Origin: Kiritimatiellia bacterium
GTDB taxonomy: Bacteria; Verrucomicrobiota; Kiritimatiellia; RFP12; UBA1067
Assembly: GCA_017628025.1 (NCBI GenBank)
Contig: JAGBZX010000041.1
Location: forward strand, 1-60,834
Length of the DNA: 60,834 bases
Reading direction: 5' to 3'
The translations under genes and the position numbers were made by a program. A model generated the notes under the pieces. It did no database searches, was not told the DNA's origin, and saw only the letters and a program-made list of their open reading frames with translations. Each line of letters begins with the position of its first letter. The stretch's first letter is position 1. Of the stretch, positions 1-8,411 are shown piece after piece.

Positions 1-39
1 GCAAGTCCACCGGGGGTTCGAATCCCCCCCCCTCCGCCA
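1..39 (+). tRNA. 3' part of a tRNA, most likely tRNA-Ser (cut by window edge)
   Basis: T-arm GGGGG-TTCGAAT-CCCCC, acceptor 3' strand CCCCTCC, discriminator G and encoded CCA (37-39). The upstream GCAAGTCCAC fits a long variable arm. The anticodon lies outside the window. Confidence 0.85.
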
Positions 40-71
40 GTTCCAATGAATAATGATGAATTAGTTGCGTT

Positions 72-773
72 GTGAGAGTCAATCGTTCTATCTTACCTCC
101 AGGGCGAATAGGGTTAGCTGTTAGTGGTGGCTCTGATTCCGTCGCATTGGCTTTTTTGCTTACAAAGGGCGGCAACAAGAAAAATGCTGCAGAGCGATTT
201 GTTATTCTTCATGTTGATCACGGCTTAAGAGAAGAGTCTAAAGAAGAATTTACGTTTGTTAAATCATTAGCTAAGCGCCTTGGAGTGCCATTCAAAGGTA
301 TTCATGCAAAAGTTATTAGAAAGGGTGGCGAGTCGTTAGAAATGGCTGCTCGTCGCGTGCGTTTGTCTTTTTTCTCAGACTGCATGAAGAATTTAAAGTT
401 AGATGCCATTGCAACGGGCCATCATATGGATGATGTTGCCGAGACATTTATTATGCGTCTTAAACGCGTTTCTATTTCAAATATTCGCGAAAAAAGTCAA
501 GTAGGAGATATTCGTTTCGTTAGGCCGTTGTTGGGCTGTCGCGATGAAGAACTTAAAACGTATTTGCGTAAATATTCTGAAACTTGGCGCGAAGATGCTT
601 CAAACGACGATACTTCTATTGAGCGAAATAAAGTTCGCCATGAGATAATTCCATATCTTGAGCGTAATTTAGATGTAAATATCGTAAAACATCTTTATCG
701 CCTTTCGCTCATTCAAGCAAGCTTAAATACTAGAGAAAATTCCTTAGTAACACAAGACGATAACGAGTGTTAA
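72..773 (+). CDS. tilS: tRNA(Ile)-lysidine synthetase (short, catalytic domain only)
   Basis: AVSGGSDS PP-loop, HVDHGLR, EMAARRVR, TGHHMDDVAET, RPLL, EDASN..RN.VR motifs. Confidence 0.9.
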   Translation: MRVNRSILPPGRIGLAVSGGSDSVALAFLLTKGGNKKNAAERFVILHVDHGLREESKEEFTFVKSLAKRLGVPFKGIHAKVIRKGGESLEMAARRVRLSFFSDCMKNLKLDAIATGHHMDDVAETFIMRLKRVSISNIREKSQVGDIRFVRPLLGCRDEELKTYLRKYSETWREDASNDDTSIERNKVRHEIIPYLERNLDVNIVKHLYRLSLIQASLNTRENSLVTQDDNEC

Positions 774-1612
774 TTATTATGATTAAAAACCTTAATAAGT
801 TTGAAAGTAAGATAAGATTCTTTATTTTTGGCATAACAATGCTTTCGCTTATTCTAGGGTTTAGGGCGATGCTTTTTGATCACGCGCCAACGGCATTTGC
901 AGCACCAGAGGAAGATATGTCGTATGCATGGTATGTGCCATTATTTTCTCTTTATGTTCTTTATGTTGAACGGCGAAAAATTCTTAATAGTTTAGGCAAT
1001 GGTGATTTACTTGCTTCGCTTTTAATTGTGCCAGCAATATTTGTAGGGTTTCTAGGTGTAAGAGGTATACAGTTAAGATTTGAACAAGTCTCATTTATTT
1101 CGCTATTGCTTATAATCCCTTGGGTTTTTTATGGTAGAGAGCTAGCGAAAAAAATTTTATTTCCTGTTCTATTTTTGCTTTTTTGTATACCCTTAAATTC
1201 TTTTTTAGATATTGTAACAGTGCATTTGCGTATTTTTGCAACTACTACTGCATATGTGCTTTTAAAAGGCTTCGGTGCAGATGTTGTTCGTCAAGGAACG
1301 ATGCTTTTCTCACAAGGCGGAGATTTTTCGATTGATGTTGCGCAACCTTGTAGTGGTATTCGCAGTATTTTTGCACTTATGTCACTTACAGCAGGCTATG
1401 CGTATTTTAACCAGCGCTCTTGGCTAGGGCGAGCTATACTTTTTTCACTTTCAATTCCTCTAGCTATATTAGGTAATGTTGCTCGTATAATTACAATTTG
1501 TTTGGTTGGTCTCTATGCAGATGGTGAGTTTGCTTTAGGTTTTTATCATGATTATTCTGGTTATGTGGTTTTTGTAGTTGCAATTTCTGCAATGGTAGCA
1601 TCTGGTGAATAG
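767..1612 (+). CDS. Exosortase (EpsH family); probably the N-terminal part of an EpsH-EpsI fusion
   Basis: Multi-TM protein with VAQPCSGIRS (Cys), GNVARI (Arg) and FYHDYSG (His) catalytic triad motifs. Confidence 0.88.
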   Translation: MLIIMIKNLNKFESKIRFFIFGITMLSLILGFRAMLFDHAPTAFAAPEEDMSYAWYVPLFSLYVLYVERRKILNSLGNGDLLASLLIVPAIFVGFLGVRGIQLRFEQVSFISLLLIIPWVFYGRELAKKILFPVLFLLFCIPLNSFLDIVTVHLRIFATTTAYVLLKGFGADVVRQGTMLFSQGGDFSIDVAQPCSGIRSIFALMSLTAGYAYFNQRSWLGRAILFSLSIPLAILGNVARIITICLVGLYADGEFALGFYHDYSGYVVFVVAISAMVASGE

Positions 1613-1624
1613 ATTACAAGGATA

Positions 1625-2275
1625 TTGCACACAAATAAAAAAGAAAATAACGAGGAGAATGTTGTATTGCCCAAAAAGGCCGTTACGAGATTTTCTTTTC
1701 TTATTTATTGTTTTTCGTCGCTATTAGTTGTAAGTTCTATGGTTTTGCTTTCTCAATCACCAGAGGCTCGTTTATGTGACGAAAAAAAGGTGAATTTTCC
1801 CGTATTGCCTAATATGACAATGAATATTGAGCCTCCTTCTGAGGCAGAACTTTCAACATTGCCCAAAGATACAATTATAGAAAAACGTTCTTACACTGGT
1901 TCTATAGAAGGTCAATATTTTATCTCCGCAATTACTGGTGGTAGATCTAAAAGTTCTCTTCACCGCCCAGAGCTTTGTTTACCATCACAAGGTTTTGCGA
2001 TGCGAAATCCTCGCACAATAGAAACAGCGACTAGACAATGGCGCGTTATCACAGTTGAAAGTAGTTATTCAGAGAAAAGGTATCATGCTTATACATTTTT
2101 TAATCAAGAGGGTTTTGCTACCGCTTCTCATATGTCGCGCATTTTGCGAGATGTATTTGATCGCACGCTATTTAACCGTATAGATCGCTGGACAATGATT
2201 ACTGTTAATGTCCCAATTTGTAGCGAAGAGAAACTCCTTGAGATTCTTAACGCAATAGGAGATGCAAATGAATGA
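1625..2275 (+). CDS. Exosortase-associated EpsI-like domain
   Basis: SLHRPELCLPSQGF motif typical of EpsI. Same frame as the exosortase, separated by one TAG; no convincing RBS before the TTG. Confidence 0.75.
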   Translation: MHTNKKENNEENVVLPKKAVTRFSFLIYCFSSLLVVSSMVLLSQSPEARLCDEKKVNFPVLPNMTMNIEPPSEAELSTLPKDTIIEKRSYTGSIEGQYFISAITGGRSKSSLHRPELCLPSQGFAMRNPRTIETATRQWRVITVESSYSEKRYHAYTFFNQEGFATASHMSRILRDVFDRTLFNRIDRWTMITVNVPICSEEKLLEILNAIGDANE

Positions 2276-4145
2276 TTTCCTCATACTATTCGTCGTCTCA
2301 TTAGTGTCATCACTTGTTTTTACGCCAATAGTGCGAACTTTATGCAAGCGTTGGGGAATGATTGACTATCCTGGTCATAGGCGTATTAATAAGCTTCCCA
2401 TTCCTCGAGGCGGTGGTTTGGCTATTGTTTTAGTCATGACTTTAATATATCCGCTAATGTCTTATTTGTTAGATTTTGATATATGTTATGGGCGAGATGC
2501 TTATTCGTTTATCCGTATAGGTATTATAGCTATCTTTGTTGCGGTATTAGGTTTTGCCGATGATAGATGGAGTTTGCGTCCAAGTTTAAAATTAGCATTT
2601 CAAATAATAGCGGCAGCGGCAGTTTATTTATGGGCAGGATTAGGGTTTAAGGCTATATTTCCGCTATTGCCCCCATATTTAGATTTTCCAATAACGGTAT
2701 TTTGGATTGTAGGTGCGATAAATGCTTTTAATTTAATAGATGGACTTGATGGCTTGGCTTCTGGGATTGCTTTTATAGCTACGCTCGGTATGGCTGGCGC
2801 CTTGTGGTTTTCTGGTTCGCAAACAGAAGCAGTGTTTTTTCACTGTGCTTTCGCTGCATCAATTTTAGGTTTTCTGCGTTATAATTATAACCCTGCTAGT
2901 GTCTTTTTGGGAGATACTGGATCAATGTTTATAGGCTATACTATGGCTGTTATGCCATTAATGTTCCATGCTACAAATTCATTTTTAGTCTCTGTAGGAG
3001 TGCCTCTTTTAGCGATGGGAGTACCTATATTTGATACGACATTAGCTATTTTAAGGCGTTCATTGCGGTATCTTATCAAGAAAAATGATGTGAATGAAAA
3101 TTCAAATGGTAAGTTAATGACAGCTGACGCAGACCATATTCATCATCGTATTTTAAGAGCAACGGGCTTTAATCAACGAAAAGCAGCATGGTTTCTTTAT
3201 CTTGCCGCTGCCATAACTGTCAGTATTGGGCTTTTTGGTGTTTTGCTAGAATCTAAAGCGGCAGGGCTATGGGTGTTGGCAGTTGCTCTAGCTACTGTGG
3301 TTGTTTTTAGAAGCACCTCACATATAGAGATTTTTGATGCTGGCAGGTTGATAAATTCAAAGGTTCATGATACTAGTTTAACAACAAGGCGATTTATCGC
3401 GCGCATTACTGTGCCTCTATATGTGATACTTGATGTTTGTGCGCTTGTTAGCGCTTTTATGTTTCTTTCTTCGATTTTCTCTGTAGCAGGGATTACGTTA
3501 GCTTCGCGTCAAATTTGGCGTATGTGTTTATTACAAACTGTATTAACTTTTGGATCGCTTATTTGTTTTAAAAATTATCTTATAGTTTGGTCGCGAGCTA
3601 CTCCTAGCGACTATTTTAGGCTTATAATGGCTTCGTTAGTTGGTGCTATTTCGTCAGGGATATCGTTATTATACTTTTTTGATATACCATTTGTAACAAC
3701 TTTTGTTTTTTCAGTTTCCTATACATGTGTTATTTTTGCACTGTTGATTTTTTTAAGATTACTAAGACCGATTTTAAGAGATTCCTTTTTTAGAGTTAAT
3801 AGTGCTAAGTTAAGAAAATCAAATGATGTATCTAGAGTTCTTGTTTATGGAACGGGGCTTAGGTTTCGGGCGTTTTATCGAGAACTTGTACGTGGGCATT
3901 TTAACTCAAATAGGGTGATTGTTGGATTAATAGACGATGATTATTTGCTTTCTAATCGTTATATTGGAGGGTATTTAGTGTCTGGAACGTTGCATGACGC
4001 ACCTAAATTGATAAAGAAGTTGAATGTTGATACTGTTATTGTAGCATGTGAGATGAGTGATGAATGGAAGAAAGTTGTATTAGATATTTTATTGCCGACA
4101 GGAGTTAATATTCAACATTTTAGCTTCTCAGAAGAAAAGTTTTAA
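2262..4145 (+). CDS. WecA/MraY-family polyprenyl-phosphate sugar-1-phosphate transferase fused to a CapD-like membrane + Rossmann-like C-terminal region
   Basis: PRGGGLAI, GFADD, NAFNLIDGLDGLA, NPASVFLGDTGS, ADADHIHH; C-terminal RVLVYGTG...VGLIDDD. Start may be 2268. Confidence 0.85.
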   Translation: MQMNDFLILFVVSLVSSLVFTPIVRTLCKRWGMIDYPGHRRINKLPIPRGGGLAIVLVMTLIYPLMSYLLDFDICYGRDAYSFIRIGIIAIFVAVLGFADDRWSLRPSLKLAFQIIAAAAVYLWAGLGFKAIFPLLPPYLDFPITVFWIVGAINAFNLIDGLDGLASGIAFIATLGMAGALWFSGSQTEAVFFHCAFAASILGFLRYNYNPASVFLGDTGSMFIGYTMAVMPLMFHATNSFLVSVGVPLLAMGVPIFDTTLAILRRSLRYLIKKNDVNENSNGKLMTADADHIHHRILRATGFNQRKAAWFLYLAAAITVSIGLFGVLLESKAAGLWVLAVALATVVVFRSTSHIEIFDAGRLINSKVHDTSLTTRRFIARITVPLYVILDVCALVSAFMFLSSIFSVAGITLASRQIWRMCLLQTVLTFGSLICFKNYLIVWSRATPSDYFRLIMASLVGAISSGISLLYFFDIPFVTTFVFSVSYTCVIFALLIFLRLLRPILRDSFFRVNSAKLRKSNDVSRVLVYGTGLRFRAFYRELVRGHFNSNRVIVGLIDDDYLLSNRYIGGYLVSGTLHDAPKLIKKLNVDTVIVACEMSDEWKKVVLDILLPTGVNIQHFSFSEEKF

Positions 4146-4161
4146 AAGAAGATTCGAAAAT

Positions 4162-4189
4162 ATCGATATTTTCCGTACATAATTCTCAA
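4162..4189 (+). repeat. 28-bp 11-6-11 site, copy 1 (ATCGATATTTT-CCGTAC-ATAATTCTCAA)
   Basis: Aligns with copies at 4491, 4621 and (reverse) 40249. Confidence 0.7.
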
Positions 4190-4232
4190 TTTGATTTCTA
4201 AGGCTTCGGTGTTTGGTGATGATTCATAGCTG

Positions 4233-4398
4233 TTCTCGCTAAATCGCCTCTGAATACAGAGCCGATTTGCGGAGAAAAAGTTCGGGTGAGACATCGATTT
4301 TGCGACCTTTCTTTTTCGCTCCTTAAAGCCATGTTACCCGCGCTCTTAAAAAGAGCGCTTTGGCGAAAAACCGGTGCGTCAAAATCGGGTCGCTTCCG
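4233..4398. other. GC-richer structured non-coding insert (two long imperfect hairpins) between 28-bp sites
   Basis: Hairpin 4233-4276: TTCTC.GC.AAATCG.CTCTG-AATA-CAGAG.CGATTT.GC.GAGAA. Hairpin ~4283-4398: CGATTTTG/CAAAATCG, TTTTTCGC/GCGAAAAA, GCGCTCTT/AAGAGCGC. Confidence 0.6.
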
Positions 4399-4490
4399 CC
4401 TTTTCCTCCGCCGCTGTGAAGGCTTACGAATCATCCCGCCACCTCCGATTGGAGATGTTTATGCGACTTGTTTCAGAAGTGTACTGCGTG

Positions 4491-4518
4491 GTGAGAAATT
4501 TCCGCACATAATTCTCAT
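4491..4518 (+). repeat. 28-bp 11-6-11 site, copy 2 (GTGAGAAATTT-CCGCAC-ATAATTCTCAT)
   Basis: Inverted TGAGAA/TTCTCA arms around the asymmetric core CCGCAC. Confidence 0.8.
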
Positions 4519-4620
4519 TTTACTGATAAGTACTTGTTTTGGGCAAGTATGCTTGATTTTGTAAAGTATCTCCAGCTCTCCTAAACTCCAAATCTCCCAG
4601 TAAGCGTTAGCAATAGTAGT

Positions 4621-4648
4621 ATGAGAATTTTCCGCACGAAGTTCTCAT
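4621..4648 (+). repeat. 28-bp 11-6-11 site, copy 3 (ATGAGAATTTT-CCGCAC-GAAGTTCTCAT)
   Basis: Near-perfect inverted 11-bp arms. A degenerate fourth copy follows at 4650-4677 (TTGAGAACAAGGCACATAAACTTCTAAT). Confidence 0.8.
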
Positions 4649-4691
4649 TTTGAGAACAAGGCACATAAACTTCTAATTTTAAACGAAATTA

Positions 4692-4700
4692 TGATATAAT
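4692..4700 (+). promoter_or_regulatory. Extended -10 promoter (TGATATAAT) for the ilvB operon
   Basis: TGnTATAAT 20 bp upstream of the GTG; AAGGA RBS follows. Confidence 0.65.
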
Positions 4701-4720
4701 ACATAGAAATAAAGGAAATC

Positions 4721-6325
4721 GTGTCATATTCTTCTAGAACAGGAGCGCAGGCGCTTGTTGAGAGCCTTGAAAGGGCAGGCGTCGAGACGCTGTTCGGATA
4801 TCCCGGCGGAAACGTTGTGGATATCTTCGGTTTTTTGCGCAATTCTAAAATGAAGTTTGTTTTAGGTCGCCACGAGCAGGGTTGTGTTCATATGGCAGAT
4901 GGTTACGCTAGGGCTAGTGGTAAGCCAGGCGTAGTTCTAGTTACTAGTGGACCAGGAGCAACAAACGCAATCACGGGTTTGGCTACCGCTAATGTAGATT
5001 CTGTCCCATTGGTTCTTGTTTCAGGACAGGTGCCGCTTTCTCAAATTGGTACAGACGCTTTCCAAGAGGCTGATATGACTGGTATCTGCCGCGCTGTAAC
5101 AAAACATTCATTTCTTCTTAAAAGTGCCGACGAAATTCCTCAAGCAGTAGCAGAAGCGTTTTATATCGCTACACGCGGCAAACCTGGCGCGGTAGTTATT
5201 GACTTGCCACACGACGTGCAGCTTCAAAAGACTTCTGCTCAGTATCCAGAGCGCATTTCCCTTAGAGCCTATCACCCCGACACAGCACCAAAGCCGCGTG
5301 CTGTTGCTGAATTAGCTAGGCTAATTAATTCTTCTAATAGGCCTATTTTTTACGCTGGTGGAGGCGTGATTTCTTCTGGCGCTGCCGACGATTTAAGAGC
5401 GCTTTCTTCAAAAGCAGATATTCCAATTGTAACAACCTTAATGGGGTTAGGTGTAATTGAAAAGACTAGCACTCATGCCCTTGGTATGGCTGGTATGTAT
5501 GGCACAGAGGCTGCTAATATTGCGTTGGCCGAGGCTGATTTAATAATAGCGTTAGGCACTCGATTTAGTGATCGCATGACTACTACTTTAAAAACTAAAG
5601 GTAAAATAGTTCATGTTGATTGCGATCCTTCGTCTATTGAAAAAAATGTTAGTGTAAATTTAGGAATTGTCGCGGATATAAAAGATCTTATAACAACAGT
5701 ATCTTCTCGAATAAAGCCAAATTCTCATACTTCTTGGATGAAACGTATTTCTCAATTAAAGCGCTCATCAAAGAATAAGGTTCGGAAATTTAAAACTTCT
5801 AAAATACATCCTGGAGCGGTGGTTGAAGCTGTTGCTGAAGCTGCAAGTGACGACGCGATAATTGTAACAGACGTTGGTCAACATCAAATGTTTGCAGCTA
5901 GGTATTACCCGACACCAAAACCTAGGCGCTTCCTATCTCCTGGCGGCATGGGGACAATGGGCTTTGCGATACCTGCGGCAATAGGAGCGGCATTATCAAT
6001 GCCAAATGAAAAAGTTGTCGCCTTAATTGGTGATGGTGGCGCTCAAATGACATTTAATGAACTTAAGGTTGCTTCCGATGAGAAGCTCCCCATAACCTTT
6101 ATTGTATTCAATAATTCGTCTCTTGGGATGATTGAACGGATGGGTGAGGATTCGTTTGTTGGCAACTTTTCTAACCCTGATTTCGTTATGATGGCTAAAG
6201 CGTTAGGTTTGAAAGCTAAGAGAGTTTCATTAGTAGAAGAACTCAAATCGGCTGTTACTAATGCTGTTAAGTCATCTCACCCCTCGCTACTTGAAGTAAT
6301 TGTAGATGCCGATGCAAAAATCTGA
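4721..6325 (+). CDS. ilvB: Acetolactate synthase large subunit
   Basis: FGYPGG, RHEQG..HMADGYARASGKPGV, TSGPGATN, TDVGQHQM, TPP motif GDGG...NN. Confidence 0.93.
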   Translation: MSYSSRTGAQALVESLERAGVETLFGYPGGNVVDIFGFLRNSKMKFVLGRHEQGCVHMADGYARASGKPGVVLVTSGPGATNAITGLATANVDSVPLVLVSGQVPLSQIGTDAFQEADMTGICRAVTKHSFLLKSADEIPQAVAEAFYIATRGKPGAVVIDLPHDVQLQKTSAQYPERISLRAYHPDTAPKPRAVAELARLINSSNRPIFYAGGGVISSGAADDLRALSSKADIPIVTTLMGLGVIEKTSTHALGMAGMYGTEAANIALAEADLIIALGTRFSDRMTTTLKTKGKIVHVDCDPSSIEKNVSVNLGIVADIKDLITTVSSRIKPNSHTSWMKRISQLKRSSKNKVRKFKTSKIHPGAVVEAVAEAASDDAIIVTDVGQHQMFAARYYPTPKPRRFLSPGGMGTMGFAIPAAIGAALSMPNEKVVALIGDGGAQMTFNELKVASDEKLPITFIVFNNSSLGMIERMGEDSFVGNFSNPDFVMMAKALGLKAKRVSLVEELKSAVTNAVKSSHPSLLEVIVDADAKI

Positions 6326-6563
6326 ACGCATATATCGACTCAACTGCTTTGTTGAAAATAAACCTGGTGTTTTGGCTAGGATTGTTGGTCTTATTTCAGG
6401 AAGAGGCTATAATATTCAGACATTAAATGTTGGTCCTACCGAAGATGGAACTGTTTCGCGTATGAAGATTGATGTTCTCGGCACAGAAAAGGTCGTAAAT
6501 CAAATAATTTTGCAATTAAGAAACTGCGTCAATGTTATCGAAGTAACAAGACGGCGCAGGTAA
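6306..6563 (+). CDS. ilvN: Acetolactate synthase regulatory subunit (ACT domain only)
   Basis: VENKPGVLARIVGLISGRGYNI..L.VG.TED..VSRM; overlaps ilvB. Confidence 0.9.
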   Translation: MPMQKSERIYRLNCFVENKPGVLARIVGLISGRGYNIQTLNVGPTEDGTVSRMKIDVLGTEKVVNQIILQLRNCVNVIEVTRRRR

Positions 6564-6564
6564 G

Positions 6565-8352
6565 ATGAACGAAAGGAAAATAAAGATGAAAAAATTTCTT
6601 AGCGGAAATGAAGCTATTGCTTATGCAGCAGCGCAGGCTGGTTGTGCCGTTGCCTCAGCATATCCCGGCACGCCTTCAACTGAGATTTTAGAGAATGTTG
6701 CCAAGTTCAAAGACACGATAAATTGCGAATGGGCAGTTAACGAGAAGGTCGCTATGGAAACTGCCATTGGTGCGTCTATGGCTGGTGCTAGAGCGTTAAC
6801 GGCAATGAAGCATGTTGGATTAAATGTAGCGATGGATCCGCTTATGACATTTACCTTTACTGGCGCTACTGGCGGTATGGTAATTATTTCTGCCGATGAT
6901 CCAGGTATGCATTCTTCTCAGAATGAACAGGACAATCGCAATCTGGCAAAGTTTGCTAGAGTACCGCTTCTTGAGCCTTCTGACAGCCAAGAAGCATATG
7001 ATATGTGTATTGAGGCGTTTGATATTTCTGAAAAATTCGAAGTGCCTGTGATGATTCGCCTTACTACTCGCACAAGTCACTCTTCTTCGCTCGTAGAGCT
7101 TGGTGATTTTAAACCAACGCGCCGCGAAAATATTGAGTATGTTCGCGATATTAAAAAACGTTTGCCTGTGCCTATGTTTGCTAGAATGCATCGCTATGCT
7201 GCTCAAAAGCGCACAGATGAGATGAGAGGCGAATCCGAGAAAAGTTCGCTCAACAAAATGGAGATTCTTAATACATCTCTAGGTATTGTTACAAGCGCAG
7301 TTGCGTATCAATACGTTAAAGAAATCTTCCCAGAGTATTCTGTTCTTAAACTAGGGTGGACAAATCCATTACCAATTTCTCTAGTGCGTGATTTTGCTTC
7401 AAAAGTTGATAAGCTTGTAGTTGTAGAAGAATTAGATCCTTTCCTTGAAGATCAGATTCGCGCTTTAGGAATAAGTGTTGTAAATCATGAGACCGAACTA
7501 AACATGATGGAGCTTAATGCTGATCGCTTGCAAAATCTCCGCCATGAGATTATTGGCGATGTTCCTGCGGCGAAACTGCCCACTGAGCCTGAGTCGCCTC
7601 TACCAACGCGTCCACCAGTCCTTTGTGCCGGTTGTGGTCATCGCGGCGTATTTTATATGCTATCAAAATTAGGTGCTACTGTTACTGGTGATATCGGATG
7701 TTATACATTAGGAGCATTTCCTCCGCTAAATGCAATGGATACAACGATATGCATGGGTGCATCGATTGGTAACGCCGCTGGCATGAAAAAAGCAGGTCTT
7801 AAAGGGCGTATTTGTGCTGTCTTAGGTGATTCAACATTTTTCCATTCTGGAATCACTGGCGCTCTTAGCGCACTTTATAATTCTACTCCAGTTACAACAG
7901 TTGTCCTTGATAATCGTATTACCGCGATGACGGGACATCAAGATAATCCTGGCACAGGCAAGACCCTAGCAGGCGATGACGCAAATGTTACTGAAATTGC
8001 AGATATTGCTCGTGCGCTTGGGTATAAAAAGGTCGAAAAGATTTCTGCTGATGATTTTGACGCGCTTGAGAAAACGCTAAAAGAATCTATGGATGGAGAA
8101 GAGCCAGCGCTTATTATCGCGTATGCACCTTGCAGAATCGCTGCTAAACTTACGAAGGAAGGCCTTTGCAAAGTTAATGCAGACAAGTGCAAAGCATGTG
8201 GCCAGTGCTTTAAACTTGGCTGCCCAGCGATAACTCGCGGTCAAGAAGTCTCACAAGGCCGGTTTAAAATGGTTATTGATGAAAGTCAGTGCGCTGGATG
8301 TAGCCATTGTACACAAGTTTGTAAGTTTGCTGCAATTGAACGAATTAGGTGA
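6565..8352 (+). CDS. iorA: Indolepyruvate:ferredoxin oxidoreductase alpha subunit
   Basis: SGNEAIA, YPGTPSTEI, NEKVA, MKHVGLNVA, DDPGMHSSQNEQD, RPPVLCAGCGH, GDSTFFHSG, C-terminal 2x[4Fe-4S]. Start probably 6586. Confidence 0.92.
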   Translation: MNERKIKMKKFLSGNEAIAYAAAQAGCAVASAYPGTPSTEILENVAKFKDTINCEWAVNEKVAMETAIGASMAGARALTAMKHVGLNVAMDPLMTFTFTGATGGMVIISADDPGMHSSQNEQDNRNLAKFARVPLLEPSDSQEAYDMCIEAFDISEKFEVPVMIRLTTRTSHSSSLVELGDFKPTRRENIEYVRDIKKRLPVPMFARMHRYAAQKRTDEMRGESEKSSLNKMEILNTSLGIVTSAVAYQYVKEIFPEYSVLKLGWTNPLPISLVRDFASKVDKLVVVEELDPFLEDQIRALGISVVNHETELNMMELNADRLQNLRHEIIGDVPAAKLPTEPESPLPTRPPVLCAGCGHRGVFYMLSKLGATVTGDIGCYTLGAFPPLNAMDTTICMGASIGNAAGMKKAGLKGRICAVLGDSTFFHSGITGALSALYNSTPVTTVVLDNRITAMTGHQDNPGTGKTLAGDDANVTEIADIARALGYKKVEKISADDFDALEKTLKESMDGEEPALIIAYAPCRIAAKLTKEGLCKVNADKCKACGQCFKLGCPAITRGQEVSQGRFKMVIDESQCAGCSHCTQVCKFAAIERIR

Positions 8353-8379
8353 TTATTAGTGGTCTTAAGTGTAGTTATA

Positions 8380-8388
8380 TGCTATAAT
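8380..8388 (+). promoter_or_regulatory. Extended -10 promoter (TGCTATAAT)
   Basis: Intergenic, upstream of the AGGAG RBS and ATG 8412. Confidence 0.6.
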
Positions 8389-8411
8389 ACACGATTACAA
8401 GGAGATTGAAA

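Noticed and set aside
1-71. Prophage or island integrated at the tRNA 3' end
   Set aside because: A housekeeping gene follows within 32 bp, with no integrase and no duplicated tRNA 3' end seen in the window.
1610-1612. Genome-wide TAG reassignment
   Set aside because: No other conserved gene in the window is interrupted by TAG, and TAG is a plausible stop at 23006-23008.
4198-4564. ORFs 4198..4434 (-) and 4286..4564 (+)
   Set aside because: No RBS, atypical composition, and they run across hairpins and repeat sites; treated as spurious.
4190-4620. Classical integron attC cassettes
   Set aside because: No paired RYYYAAC/GTTRRRY ends bounding the hairpins, no cassette ORFs and no intI in the window.
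4162-4677. CRISPR array
   Set aside because: Spacers are 301, 102 and 1 bp, the repeats are divergent, and there are no cas genes.
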